Positions 1-8,775 of a stretch of 64,000 bases of DNA are shown piece after piece; the first letter of the stretch is position 1; every line of letters starts with the position of its first letter. Location: the NCBI GenBank assembly GCA_963725215.1, contig CAVRXQ010000007.1, forward strand, positions 17,294 through 81,293. The letters run 5' to 3'. Position numbers and translations under genes: made by a program. This DNA is from an uncultured Acidimicrobiaceae bacterium (GTDB lineage: Bacteria; Actinomycetota; Acidimicrobiia; Acidimicrobiales; Bog-793). The notes under the pieces were generated by a model. It was given only the letters and a program-made list of their open reading frames with translations, searched no databases and was not told where the DNA came from.

Positions 1-1105
1 AGGCTCCAGATTCGAGCAGTTCCAATGCGATGACCGGGTTCACTGCAGTCTGCCAGACGACGGCCTGGCTGCCGTACTCCTTCATCGACCACGAGTTGTC
101 GACGAGGTGGTAAAGGTACACCGAGCGCGAGAGGCCGTCTTTTCCGGTGCCGCGCACCCAAGTCCCCGCGCACGTCACGCCGGACATCTGCTGGCCCAGG
201 GTCGCGGGATCGGGGAGGCACGCCGCGACGACGTCGCGCGGCGAGACCTCCACGCCGCCGACGCGGACCCGCTCCGTCGAGTCGAGACCGAGCTTGTGGA
301 GCGACTTCAATATGTCGATGAATTCCTCTCCGAGGCCGTATTTGAAGGTCACCCGCCCGGCATCGATCCAGCGCGGGATGAGCACCACTTCTTCGTGCTC
401 GACATTCACGCATTCGAGCGGACCGATCCCACCTGGGAAGTCGAAGGTCTCCGGCTGGCTGAAGGGTGCGGTCGTGTACCAGCCGCGTTCGCGATCGAAG
501 ATCACCGGTGGGTTCAAACACTCCTCGATCGTCGTCCAGATCGAAAAGGTCGGGGCGAAGTCGTATCCCGACACAGATAGGTTTGCGCCGTCTCGCACCC
601 CGATCTCGTCGATCGAGGAGAACTGCTCGTCCGCCGCGTACCTGGCGAAGACGTCCGACATACCAGGCTCCACACCGACCCCGCAGAGCGCGAGCGCGCC
701 TTTGTCCTCCCATTGATCGGCGAGTGCGAATTGCTCGTCGCCGAGCTTCACTCCGCAGTTGTGGTACGGGTCGGATGGGTCGGGTTTTGAGAGCGACATC
801 GCCATGTCGAGATAAGTGACCGCGGATGCGAGGGAAGCGCGAAAGATCGGCATCACGAAGCGGGGATCGACCGCGTTCAAGACCGCCGTCAGCCGCTCGG
901 TGTCGACAAGCTCCACGATCGAGGACTCGTCGTTCGCGTCGAGGGAAACGGCACTGAATCTGTCGCCGAGACCGACGATCGCGCGCTCGGCTCGCTCGCG
1001 GCTGTAGTCGGCGACGACCACCCGTTCGAACAGCGCCCAACGATCGATAGTGCGAGCCGCAGCCGAACCGACGCCGCCCGCTCCGAGGATCAATAGCCGC
1101 GTCAT
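1..1105 (-). CDS. Saccharopine dehydrogenase family NAD(P)-binding protein (C-terminal end runs off the window)
   Basis: Absent from the ORF track because there is no stop in the window. My translation of the minus strand from ATG 1105-1103 gives MTRLLILGAGGVGSAAARTI (Rossmann GxGxxG), then YLDMAMS, GVEPGMSDVFARY, SIWTTIEECLNPP and VNVEHEEVVLIPRW. These resemble Sacchrp_dh N- and C-domain proteins. Confidence 0.8.
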   Translation of the reverse strand, partial: MTRLLILGAGGVGSAAARTIDRWALFERVVVADYSRERAERAIVGLGDRFSAVSLDANDESSIVELVDTERLTAVLNAVDPRFVMPIFRASLASAVTYLDMAMSLSKPDPSDPYHNCGVKLGDEQFALADQWEDKGALALCGVGVEPGMSDVFARYAADEQFSSIDEIGVRDGANLSVSGYDFAPTFSIWTTIEECLNPPVIFDRERGWYTTAPFSQPETFDFPGGIGPLECVNVEHEEVVLIPRWIDAGRVTFKYGLGEEFIDILKSLHKLGLDSTERVRVGGVEVSPRDVVAACLPDPATLGQQMSGVTCAGTWVRGTGKDGLSRSVYLYHLVDNSWSMKEYGSQAVVWQTAVNPVIALELLESGA

Positions 1106-1212
1106 GCGACACCTCCACGAGGCGCCCCTTGGAGCGGGGTCTACCGTTTGTCGCAGGGGGGACAGCGTATTGCTCGGGTCCCCGACACACGAATCGAAAT
1201 CATGACCCCACG

Positions 1213-1662
1213 ATGAACAATCGCAACACGATCCACCTCGCGTCAAGAGATGAAGTCGATACCGTTCGCGAGCTATTTGACGAGTACGAAGCCAGCCTGG
1301 ACTTCGACCTTTGCTTTCAGGACTTCGAAAAAGAGCTCGAGGATCCGTTCGCGATCTACGAGGCGATCTTGCTGGCGCCCGAAGGCTGCGTCGCGCTGCG
1401 CCGAATCGACGAAAAGGTTTGCGAGATGAAACGCCTGTACGTTCGGCCGGGCGGCCGCGGAAACCACCTCGGCCGGGCCCTCGCCGAGTCGGTCATCGAG
1501 ATCGCGAAAGATCGCTCGTATGCGTTGGTGAAACTCGACACCGTTCCGTCGATGGCTGCTGCAATCGCCCTTTATCGTTCCCTCGGCTTCAAAGAGACCA
1601 GCGATTACCGTTACAACCCGATCGAGGGCGCGCTCTACTTCGAGCTCGAACTGAACTCGTAG
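1213..1662 (+). CDS. GNAT family N-acetyltransferase
   Basis: Lies in ORF 1129..1662; the internal ATG at 1213 (MNNRNTIHLASRDE) was chosen as start. The acetyl-CoA pocket motif LYVRPGGRGNHLGRAL and the C-terminal YRSLGF are typical of GNAT proteins. Confidence 0.8.
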   Translation: MNNRNTIHLASRDEVDTVRELFDEYEASLDFDLCFQDFEKELEDPFAIYEAILLAPEGCVALRRIDEKVCEMKRLYVRPGGRGNHLGRALAESVIEIAKDRSYALVKLDTVPSMAAAIALYRSLGFKETSDYRYNPIEGALYFELELNS

Positions 1663-1778
1663 CTCGCCACGACACCGAATGGCGGACGGCTCCAATCGCG
1701 AGTGACAGGGCGCGCGTTTGGTGGCGCGTTATTCCGACCACCGAGCACTGCCACCGTGTGTTGTGTTTGCTGCGAATG

Positions 1779-2393
1779 TCAGCCGGGAAAGAAGAACGCG
1801 CCCTGCCCGTTAGCGAGGATGAAGACCTCGTTCGCTTTGATCGTCGAACCACTGGTGCCGCCGAACACCGCAACTTCGGCACCCTTTTTCACGGCGTTCT
1901 TCGCCGCCGTGGTACCGGCCATTAGGTAGGTGGTCGAGGACTGCTCGTCGACTGTGAGCTTCGAGCCGGTCGGTGTCATCATCGTGAAGCTCGAGCTCGA
2001 TACGGAGACGACCCTTCCGATGCTCGTGTTGGCGAAGACGCGAAACGGCCTCTGGGCGCCTCCGCCTCCGCCGAAGGGCACCTGGAACGCGTTCGGAGGT
2101 AATGCAACTTGGGGGGATCGCAATACCGTTCGCGTGGTGGTGCTCGGCGCGTTCGCCAGCGCGACCGATAGTCCGCTGACCGCGCCGACCATGAGCGCGG
2201 CGACGAACCACCCGGTCGCGCGGTGGCCGAGGATCTTCGCGATCCTCTTCGGAGACGCGGCGGGCGTTGGCGACCACGGCGGCGCCGGGGGTGGAGGCTG
2301 CACGCCACCTTGGGACGGCAACTTGACCGCCGGTTGGGGTTCGGTGTCGCCGGACTGTGTGGCCGGGATCGGAGAGGTCGGTTCGTCTTCCAT
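1779..2393 (-). CDS. Hypothetical membrane-anchored protein with a Pro-rich N-terminus
   Basis: 204-aa ORF with a Pro-rich N-terminal stretch and one hydrophobic helix (GWFVAALMVGAVSGLSVALA). The remainder is Ser/Thr/Gly-rich and probably extracytoplasmic. No family recognised. Confidence 0.5.
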   Translation of the reverse strand: MEDEPTSPIPATQSGDTEPQPAVKLPSQGGVQPPPPAPPWSPTPAASPKRIAKILGHRATGWFVAALMVGAVSGLSVALANAPSTTTRTVLRSPQVALPPNAFQVPFGGGGGAQRPFRVFANTSIGRVVSVSSSSFTMMTPTGSKLTVDEQSSTTYLMAGTTAAKNAVKKGAEVAVFGGTSGSTIKANEVFILANGQGAFFFPG

Positions 2394-2532
2394 TCGTCGG
2401 GTGCTCCTTGTCCTCCAAGAAGATGCTGACGATCGAATCTGGGAATTCCTTGATATCGATCTGGGAATTCTCTCAGGGCGAGCAGATATCCGACGACCCG
2501 TTCAGGTCGTCGCTTCGGGTTCACGACAGGGA

Positions 2533-3696
2533 TTACCGCGAGATCCAGCTCCGCTCGTAGGCGGGATCGGCGATCGAGCGGGCGTCCTCGCTGATGAGGA
2601 GCGGCTCGAACGTGTCGACCATCACCGCGGTCTCCTCGGTGCGATCGACATCCATCGACGCCTCGACGCTTCCGGGCTGCGGACCGTGCACGAATCCCGA
2701 CGGGTGGATCGTGAGCGACCCCTTCCCGATCCCCGCGCCTTGACGGCTCATGAAGTCGCCGTCCACGTAGTACAGGACCTCGTCCGAGTCGACGTTCGCG
2801 TGGTGATAGGGGATCTTGATCGCGTTCGCGTCGAAGTCGTACAGGCGTGGCACGAAGCTGCAGACGACAAACCCCGGACCCGCGAAGGTTTGGTGCACCG
2901 GTGGCGGCTGGTGGATACGACCGACAATCGGCTCGAAGTCCTTGATCGAAAACGCGAATGGATACACGCAGCCGTCCCAGCCGACGACGTCGAAGGGATG
3001 GTGCTCGTGCACGTGGATGCTCCATCCCCCACGCGTCCGAACGAGCACACGCACACCTTCGCCCTCGACGACCAAAGGGCCCTCGGGCGGCCGAAGGTCG
3101 CGTTCGGAGTACGGAGCGCCTTCATGGATCTGTCCCGTCGGCGTCAGGTAACGGTTCGGCGGTCCAATGTGGCCGGTCGACTCCAAGATGAAGGCCCGCA
3201 CCGGGGCGTCGTTTGCAGCGATCACCCAGCGGTGCGTCGTCGCGCGCGGGACGACGACGTAGTCACCCGCTTGCGCCTCGATCTCGCCGAACACCGACTC
3301 GAGCCGCGCCCTTCCAGTGTGAATGAAGACGAGCTCGTCGCCCTCGCTGTTTCGGTAGAGCTCACTCGTTTGGTCGGCGGCCGCGACGCACAGCGTCGCC
3401 GTCGACGACGCCGCGAGGTGCCGACGACCCGTGACGAGATCCCCGCCTTCGGTGAGATTGAACGACCGGAGGTGCATCGGGCGAACAGGGACGTTGGGCG
3501 TGAGCTCCGAACGCTTCACCTCGATCGCGTCTATCCCGAGGATCGCGCTCGGCGAATGCCGATGGTAAAGGAGCGACGACGCGCCGGAGAACCCCTCTTC
3601 GCCCATCAACTCTTCCGCGAGGCGGTTCCCGTCTGACCCAAGGTGCAGCGTGTGTCGCTTCTTCGGTACGTCACCGGTCCGCAGGTAGTACGTCAC
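2533..3696 (-). CDS. hmgA: Homogentisate 1,2-dioxygenase
   Basis: 387-aa ORF with SSLLYHRHSP and PYHHANVDSDEVLYYVDGDFMSRQG (cupin metal-site region), as in bacterial HmgA. The GTG start overlaps the fahA stop (GTGA). Confidence 0.92.
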   Translation of the reverse strand: MTYYLRTGDVPKKRHTLHLGSDGNRLAEELMGEEGFSGASSLLYHRHSPSAILGIDAIEVKRSELTPNVPVRPMHLRSFNLTEGGDLVTGRRHLAASSTATLCVAAADQTSELYRNSEGDELVFIHTGRARLESVFGEIEAQAGDYVVVPRATTHRWVIAANDAPVRAFILESTGHIGPPNRYLTPTGQIHEGAPYSERDLRPPEGPLVVEGEGVRVLVRTRGGWSIHVHEHHPFDVVGWDGCVYPFAFSIKDFEPIVGRIHQPPPVHQTFAGPGFVVCSFVPRLYDFDANAIKIPYHHANVDSDEVLYYVDGDFMSRQGAGIGKGSLTIHPSGFVHGPQPGSVEASMDVDRTEETAVMVDTFEPLLISEDARSIADPAYERSWISR

Positions 3697-4865
3697 GGCC
3701 TGTCCTCCTTGTTCGAGGCGACGACGCGGCCACGCACTTCACCGAGATCGAGGTGGCGACCGACGCGGTCACCGCACCAGCCGCGGATGACGACCTCGTC
3801 GCCGTCTTCGAGCCAGGTCCTCGTCGACCCGTCCTCCAGTTTGACCGGATCGCGACCCGCGTTCGTGAGCTCCATCAAGCTCCCGGCGCTGTTCGGTTCG
3901 CTTCCAGAGATCGTGCCGGAAGCAAACACGTCGCCGGTGCGCGTCGCCGCCCCGTTCGCGGTCAGGTGCGCAAGCTGTTGCGCCATCGACCAGTAGAGGC
4001 CACCGGCCCCCATATGGCTGATCGCGGTGCCGTTCAAGGCGAGCTCGAAAGAGATCGCGAAGTTCCGCGGCTCTGCTACCGCGAGATATGGCGCTGGCGC
4101 GGGGTCTTGAGGTGGGCCTGGGACCGCGTAGGCCTCGAGAGACGAAAGCGGCACCACCCACGGCGAGATCGACGTGGCAAAAGACTTGCCGAGAAACGGC
4201 CCCAAGGGCTGGTACTCGAAGGACTGGATGTCCCGTGCGCTCCAGTCGTTCACGATCACGACGCCGAAGACGTGGTTCTTCGCGTCGTGCGCGGCGATCC
4301 TGCCCCCCCGCTCGGACCCGACGCCGACGACGAAGCCGAGTTCGACTTCGACGTCAAGGCGGGCGCTCGGAACGAACTTGGGATCGCCGTCGGCCTTCAC
4401 AAGACCCGACGGGCGAAAGATCGGCGATCCCGAGACGACGACCGTCGCCGACCGGCCGTGATATCCAATCGGCAGGTACTTCCACGCCGGGGGAAGCGGA
4501 TCCGATCCTGGTCGCAACATGCGCCCCATCGCCGTCGCGTGCTCTTCCGAGGCGTAGAAATCGACGTAGTCGGCAACTTCGAACGGCAGCATGAGCGTCG
4601 TCTCGTCGATCGGAAATACCGCGTCAACCGCTGGGTCTGAAAGGTGGACGGCGATCTCGGTGCGCGTGCTGGCCCACGCGTCCGGCCCGAGCGCCATGAA
4701 CGCGTTGAGCGAACCCGAATCGAAGACGTGGCGGGGAACGCTGAGGCCATCGAGCGCAAAAAGATCGATTGCGTTGCGCTCGTACGCGACGACGACGTGG
4801 CCGCGTTCGTCGACCCCGAACGCCAAATCGTCGGGACCGAACCCGGAGTGGTGCTCCTCAGGCAT
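3693..4865 (-). CDS. fahA: Fumarylacetoacetase
   Basis: Contains VNDWSARDIQSFEYQPLGPFLGKSFATSISPWVV, typical of the FAH C-terminal domain. Start taken at ATG 4865 (MPEEHHSGFGPDDL), which overlaps the upstream stop by 8 nt (ATGCCTGA). Confidence 0.92.
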   Translation of the reverse strand: MPEEHHSGFGPDDLAFGVDERGHVVVAYERNAIDLFALDGLSVPRHVFDSGSLNAFMALGPDAWASTRTEIAVHLSDPAVDAVFPIDETTLMLPFEVADYVDFYASEEHATAMGRMLRPGSDPLPPAWKYLPIGYHGRSATVVVSGSPIFRPSGLVKADGDPKFVPSARLDVEVELGFVVGVGSERGGRIAAHDAKNHVFGVVIVNDWSARDIQSFEYQPLGPFLGKSFATSISPWVVPLSSLEAYAVPGPPQDPAPAPYLAVAEPRNFAISFELALNGTAISHMGAGGLYWSMAQQLAHLTANGAATRTGDVFASGTISGSEPNSAGSLMELTNAGRDPVKLEDGSTRTWLEDGDEVVIRGWCGDRVGRHLDLGEVRGRVVASNKEDRP

Positions 4866-6486
4866 CGAGCTTCGCGAGCTGATCGGCGTGCTGCTCATAG
4901 TGCCCGACGAGGAACTCGTCCAAGAATCGGCCGATCTCCATCGTCTTCAGCGTCGGGTGCTCTCCGAGGCGCGCCCAGTCATGCGAGTCCATCGTCGAAA
5001 CCAGCGCCCGCAGCTCGTCCATCGCGACCCTCGCTGTCTCGAGCTGGCGGAGCGGCTCGACGGCGCGATTTGTCGCGATCGCCGCGCTCCGACCAGGGTC
5101 GGTCTTCGTCCGTCCGAACGGCACTGGCCGAGCGCCCGGCGCGTCGAGGATCTTTTTCAGCTCGCTCAGCCAGTACGCCCCGAACTCGGCGATGTGCGCC
5201 CAGGCCTGACCATCGTCCCAGCGCTCTTCGCCGCCGGGGTCGGGATCGGTCAGTCCGTGGCGTCTCGCGCCGCCAGCGAGCGCGCCGAGCCGCTCATCGA
5301 CCGTGTCCAGGCGATCGAGCCATTCCGCGACCGCTCGACCTTCGACCCCCGTCGGCAACACCCAACTGGCATGGAGTTGTTCCGCCATCTCGCTCTTCGC
5401 GATTTCGTCGAAAGCGCCGACGAACCGATCGACTTCCTCCTCGTCCCCCACGGTGACGCGTACGCCGATTCCCGGGAACGGGCGGGTGACGACGCCACGG
5501 CGTTCCAGTTCACGGGCGAACTCAGCGCTCATCTCGGCAGCGGGCAGGTAGACGAAGTTCGCCTGGGTGTCAGGAATCGACCATCCACGATGACGAAGCT
5601 CGCGGCTAAGACGAGTCCTTTGTTCGAGCACCGAAGACACGCGCCGATCGAGCTCATCTTCCGCGTCGAGGGAAGCGAGCGCGGCGATCTGGCCGAGCCT
5701 GTTCACGGCGAAGGGCGTCAGCACCTTGTCGAGCTCGACGACGATCGGCTCCGAGCAAAGCGCGTAGCCGACCCGCAATCCCGCGAGACCGTGCGCTTTG
5801 GAGAACGTGCGCAAGACGACGAGATTCGGGTACTCGGCGAGCATCGTCGTCGCGTCGATGAGATGTCGGCCGTTCGCGAACTGCGAGTACGCCTCATCGA
5901 CGACCACGACGCATCCGGCGGGCACCGAGTCGACGAGGTGGGAGAGGTCTGCCCCCGGCATCGCCGTGCCGGTCGGATTGTTCGGTTGCGCGACGAGCAC
6001 GAGGCGCGTCTTGTCGCTCAACTCCGCCACGAGGCCGTCCGCGTCGTGCGTCAGGCGTTTCAGCGGCACGCGCCTTGGGACGCCTTCTGCGAGCTGGGTG
6101 AAGATCGGGTAGGCCTCGAAGGTGGGATCGGCAAAGATCACCTCGTCTCCGCGCGACACGTAGGCCAGCGCGAGCTGCTGCAAAAGGCCGACGGTCCCGC
6201 AGCCGACCGCGACGCGACTCGGGGTCGTTCCGTGTTCGAGCGCGATCCGCTCCCGTAACGCGTGCGCCAGATGATCCGGATAGCGGTTCGCATCCTCGAT
6301 CGCCGACACGATCGCCTTTTTCACGCTCGGCAAGGGCGCGAAGGGCAGCTCATTCGACGCGAGCTTGATCGCGCCCGACAGCCCGTAGTCAACCTCAGCT
6401 TGCTCCGCCGATCGACCCGGTCGATATGACGGCAGGGATTCGACTGCCGGACGCGCCCGGGGGGCGCCTCGGACTTTCTCGGTCAC
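4858..6486 (-). CDS. HisC/TyrB-like class I/II aminotransferase fused to a C-terminal DinB-fold domain
   Basis: Lower part of track ORF 4858..7155; the part above 6486 overlaps hppD out of frame. The GTG at 6486 overlaps the hppD stop (GTGA). The N-terminal ~366 aa carry KLASNELPF, QPNNPTG and RTFSKAHGLAGLRVGY (PLP lysine motif). The last 176 aa (coordinates 4861-5388) carry WAHIAEFGAYW and GHYEQHADQL, a DinB-like His pattern. There is no stop between the two parts. Confidence 0.85.
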   Translation of the reverse strand: MTEKVRGAPRARPAVESLPSYRPGRSAEQAEVDYGLSGAIKLASNELPFAPLPSVKKAIVSAIEDANRYPDHLAHALRERIALEHGTTPSRVAVGCGTVGLLQQLALAYVSRGDEVIFADPTFEAYPIFTQLAEGVPRRVPLKRLTHDADGLVAELSDKTRLVLVAQPNNPTGTAMPGADLSHLVDSVPAGCVVVVDEAYSQFANGRHLIDATTMLAEYPNLVVLRTFSKAHGLAGLRVGYALCSEPIVVELDKVLTPFAVNRLGQIAALASLDAEDELDRRVSSVLEQRTRLSRELRHRGWSIPDTQANFVYLPAAEMSAEFARELERRGVVTRPFPGIGVRVTVGDEEEVDRFVGAFDEIAKSEMAEQLHASWVLPTGVEGRAVAEWLDRLDTVDERLGALAGGARRHGLTDPDPGGEERWDDGQAWAHIAEFGAYWLSELKKILDAPGARPVPFGRTKTDPGRSAAIATNRAVEPLRQLETARVAMDELRALVSTMDSHDWARLGEHPTLKTMEIGRFLDEFLVGHYEQHADQLAKLDA

Positions 6487-7604
6487 AGGTTCCCGCGCCG
6501 TGCCTGCTCTCGCTCGATCGCCTCGAAGAGCGCCTTGAAGTTGCCCTCTCCGAACCCGGTCGCCCCTTCGCGCTGGATGACCTCCATAAAAAGCGTCGGT
6601 CGCTCGGCGAAGGTCTCGGAGAAGATCTGCAGCAAGTAGCCGCCGGTGTCCTTGTCGACTTCGATGCCGAGTCGCTCGAGGTCCCCCCACGGAAGGTCGA
6701 ATTCGCCGCATCGCACCTTCGCGTCCTCGTAGTACGTCGACGGCATGTCCAAAAAGCGCACTCCTCGTTCGCGCAACGAGGCGATCGCGCCAATGATGTT
6801 GGGCGTCCCCATCGCGATGTGTTGTACGCCGGGGCAGCCGTACGCCTCGAGGTACTCGGTGATCTGACTTTTCCTGAGACCAGGCGCGGGCTCGTTGATC
6901 GGCATCACGATGCCCTTGCGGTTGTAGACGACCGTCGACCGCAGCGCCGAGTACTTCGTCGATATCTGCGCTGCGTCGAAGTGCTTCATCTCCTCGAAGC
7001 CGAGGACGTTCATGTACCACTCGACCCACTCGTCGAGGCGCCCCTCTTCGACGTTCCCAACGACGTGGTCGATGGACTGCAGACCGGCCGGCCGGCCGAC
7101 GGGCCGGAGCGGAAGGCGCTCCGAGCTGAAGCCCGGCCCCCAAGCGCCGCTCCATTGCGAACGGTCGACAAAGACGTGTCGCGTCTGGCCGTATGCCTCG
7201 ATCGCAGCGGTCGTCAACGCACCCTCGTCGCGCTCGACGGTGCGCGGCTCTTGGACCTCCCGTGCCCCGCGGCGGGTCGCGGCGTCGAGCGCCGCCTCGG
7301 GATCAGCGACACGCCACGCGAGGTTCCTCACGCCGTCCCCGTGTTCGAGGACGTGTCGTCCGACCTCGGAGTCATTGGAAAGACCCGCCGTGACCATGAG
7401 GCGGATGTCGCCGTGCTCGAGCAGGTACGAGACCCGATCGCGAACCCCGGTTTCGGGCCCCGAGTAGGCCGTGACGTCGAAACCGAACCCCGACGCGAGC
7501 CACGCCGTCGCCGCCCGAGCGTTGCCGACCCAGAACTCGAGGTGATCCCACTCGACGATCTGCGAGGCGACGCTTGAGGTGTCTTTCGTCGTCGTTTGTG
7601 TCAT
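6483..7604 (-). CDS. hppD: 4-hydroxyphenylpyruvate dioxygenase
   Basis: Contains HLEFWVGNARAATAWLASGFGF, GVQHIAMGT, LLQIFSE and GFGEGNFKALFEAIEREQ. ATG at 7604 (MTQTTTKD) is preferred over the upstream TTG at 7667. Confidence 0.92.
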   Translation of the reverse strand: MTQTTTKDTSSVASQIVEWDHLEFWVGNARAATAWLASGFGFDVTAYSGPETGVRDRVSYLLEHGDIRLMVTAGLSNDSEVGRHVLEHGDGVRNLAWRVADPEAALDAATRRGAREVQEPRTVERDEGALTTAAIEAYGQTRHVFVDRSQWSGAWGPGFSSERLPLRPVGRPAGLQSIDHVVGNVEEGRLDEWVEWYMNVLGFEEMKHFDAAQISTKYSALRSTVVYNRKGIVMPINEPAPGLRKSQITEYLEAYGCPGVQHIAMGTPNIIGAIASLRERGVRFLDMPSTYYEDAKVRCGEFDLPWGDLERLGIEVDKDTGGYLLQIFSETFAERPTLFMEVIQREGATGFGEGNFKALFEAIEREQARRGNL

Positions 7605-7694
7605 GGGTCTATCGAACCCGGGTACCGCGTCCGGGTCAATACCTTGGGCTAATGTTATACAGATCAATCAGCAAATAAGGACTACTTTGCGCAA

Positions 7695-8168
7695 ATGAGT
7701 CAGCAAAGTCCGCTCGACGACATCGATAGGCGCCTTCTCGACGCGCTCTCGGAGATGCCGCGGGCAGGGCTCGTCCAAATCGCCCGACGGGCAGGAATGG
7801 CACGCAATACCGCTCAGGCCCACCTCGATCGGATGATCGCGAATGGTGTGATCGTCGGCTTCGGTCCCGAGATCGACCTCGGCCGCGTGGGCTACGGAGT
7901 CTCGGCGATCGTCTCGTTGGAGATCGCCCAAGGTCGGCGCGGGTCGATCGACGAGCACCTGTCGGCGATTCCCGAGATCGTCGAGGCGTGGATGACGACA
8001 GGCTCCTCCGACCTTTTGTGCCGCGTCGTCGCGCGCGACAACGACCATCTCGGACACGTCATCGCAGAGATCCTTGAGGTTCCGGACGTGACCCGGACGA
8101 CGACGTCCTTGCTGTTGTCGACCCCGATCGCACCACGCAGCCTCCACCTCGTCACGCACGACGTCTGA
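7695..8168 (+). CDS. Lrp/AsnC family transcriptional regulator
   Basis: 157 aa with an N-terminal HTH (IDRRLLDALSEMPRAGLVQIARRAGMARNTAQAHLDRM) followed by a RAM/AsnC_trans_reg domain. Divergent from hppD. Confidence 0.88.
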   Translation: MSQQSPLDDIDRRLLDALSEMPRAGLVQIARRAGMARNTAQAHLDRMIANGVIVGFGPEIDLGRVGYGVSAIVSLEIAQGRRGSIDEHLSAIPEIVEAWMTTGSSDLLCRVVARDNDHLGHVIAEILEVPDVTRTTTSLLLSTPIAPRSLHLVTHDV

Positions 8169-8192
8169 GAAGGCCGCGACGACGGCGCGCAT

Positions 8193-8681
8193 TTACAACG
8201 CGACGCGGTGGTCCTCGAGCAAGAGCACGGTCTCCGAAGATCTAACCGCGGCCATCGCCTGAAGGCGTTCGAGTACGACGTCTCGCAACTCTTCGACGTC
8301 GCGCGCCCGAACGACGAGGGCGAAATCGAATTCCCCGGCGGTCATGCCGAGCCACTCGACGCCGGGCAACGAGAGCAGCTCCGGCGCCACTTCCCGCCAT
8401 CGGGGTTGTTCGACCCGGATCAAGACGAGTGCGGACAGTGCCTTGCCAAGCTTCACCGGATCGACACGCGCGCTGAAGCCGAGGATCACGCCTCGCGCCC
8501 GCAGGCGCGCGAGACGCTGGTACGCGGTCGCCCGGGAAACATTCACCGTCCGGGCGAGCTCGTTCACCGACTGGCGACCGTCTGCGACCAGGCTCGCGAC
8601 GATCCGCTCGTCGACGGAGTCGAGCGGCTCGTCCAGCAGGGCTGGCATTTGGGGCGGCTCCTCTGGACGATCTGATGACAT
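8193..8681 (-). CDS. Lrp/AsnC family transcriptional regulator
   Basis: 162 aa with an HTH (VDERIVASLVADGRQSVNELARTVNVSRATAYQRLARL) followed by a RAM domain. Divergent from phhA. Confidence 0.88.
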   Translation of the reverse strand: MSSDRPEEPPQMPALLDEPLDSVDERIVASLVADGRQSVNELARTVNVSRATAYQRLARLRARGVILGFSARVDPVKLGKALSALVLIRVEQPRWREVAPELLSLPGVEWLGMTAGEFDFALVVRARDVEELRDVVLERLQAMAAVRSSETVLLLEDHRVAL

Positions 8682-8775
8682 AAGTCGGATCGTAGGCTAT
8701 TTCGTCTAGCAACAAGGCCATGCCATCGACGTTTCGCTGCCGATTAGGCAGAATTCCAGGCGAAAGGAGCGACTG

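Noticed and set aside
1930-3636. Very long ORFs in the track lying antisense or out of frame to recognised genes. Examples are 1930..3636 (568 aa) opposite hmgA, 4591..6258 opposite the aminotransferase, 31146..32780 opposite proS, 35984..37180 opposite the cyclophilins, 47993..49501 opposite the MFS gene, and 59302..60372 opposite the carboxyltransferase.
   Set aside because: Their translations are Arg/Pro/Gly/Ala-rich low-complexity strings with no motifs. Each fully overlaps a gene with clear family signatures. This is the expected artefact of scarce stop codons in high-GC DNA.
6487-7155. The upstream 223 codons of track ORF 4858..7155, which would give a 765-aa protein.
   Set aside because: This part overlaps hppD in another frame and reads as Arg-rich nonsense. 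A GTG at 6486 forms a GTGA junction with the hppD stop and gives a normal aminotransferase N-terminus.
7686-7695. Small palindromes in the Lrp-regulated spacers as candidate operators: TTTGCGCAAA at 7686-7695, ACCCGGGT near 7616-7623, and CTGCC-GATTA-GGCAG at about 8739-8753.
   Set aside because: They are too short to distinguish from chance without comparative or binding data, so they are noted only.
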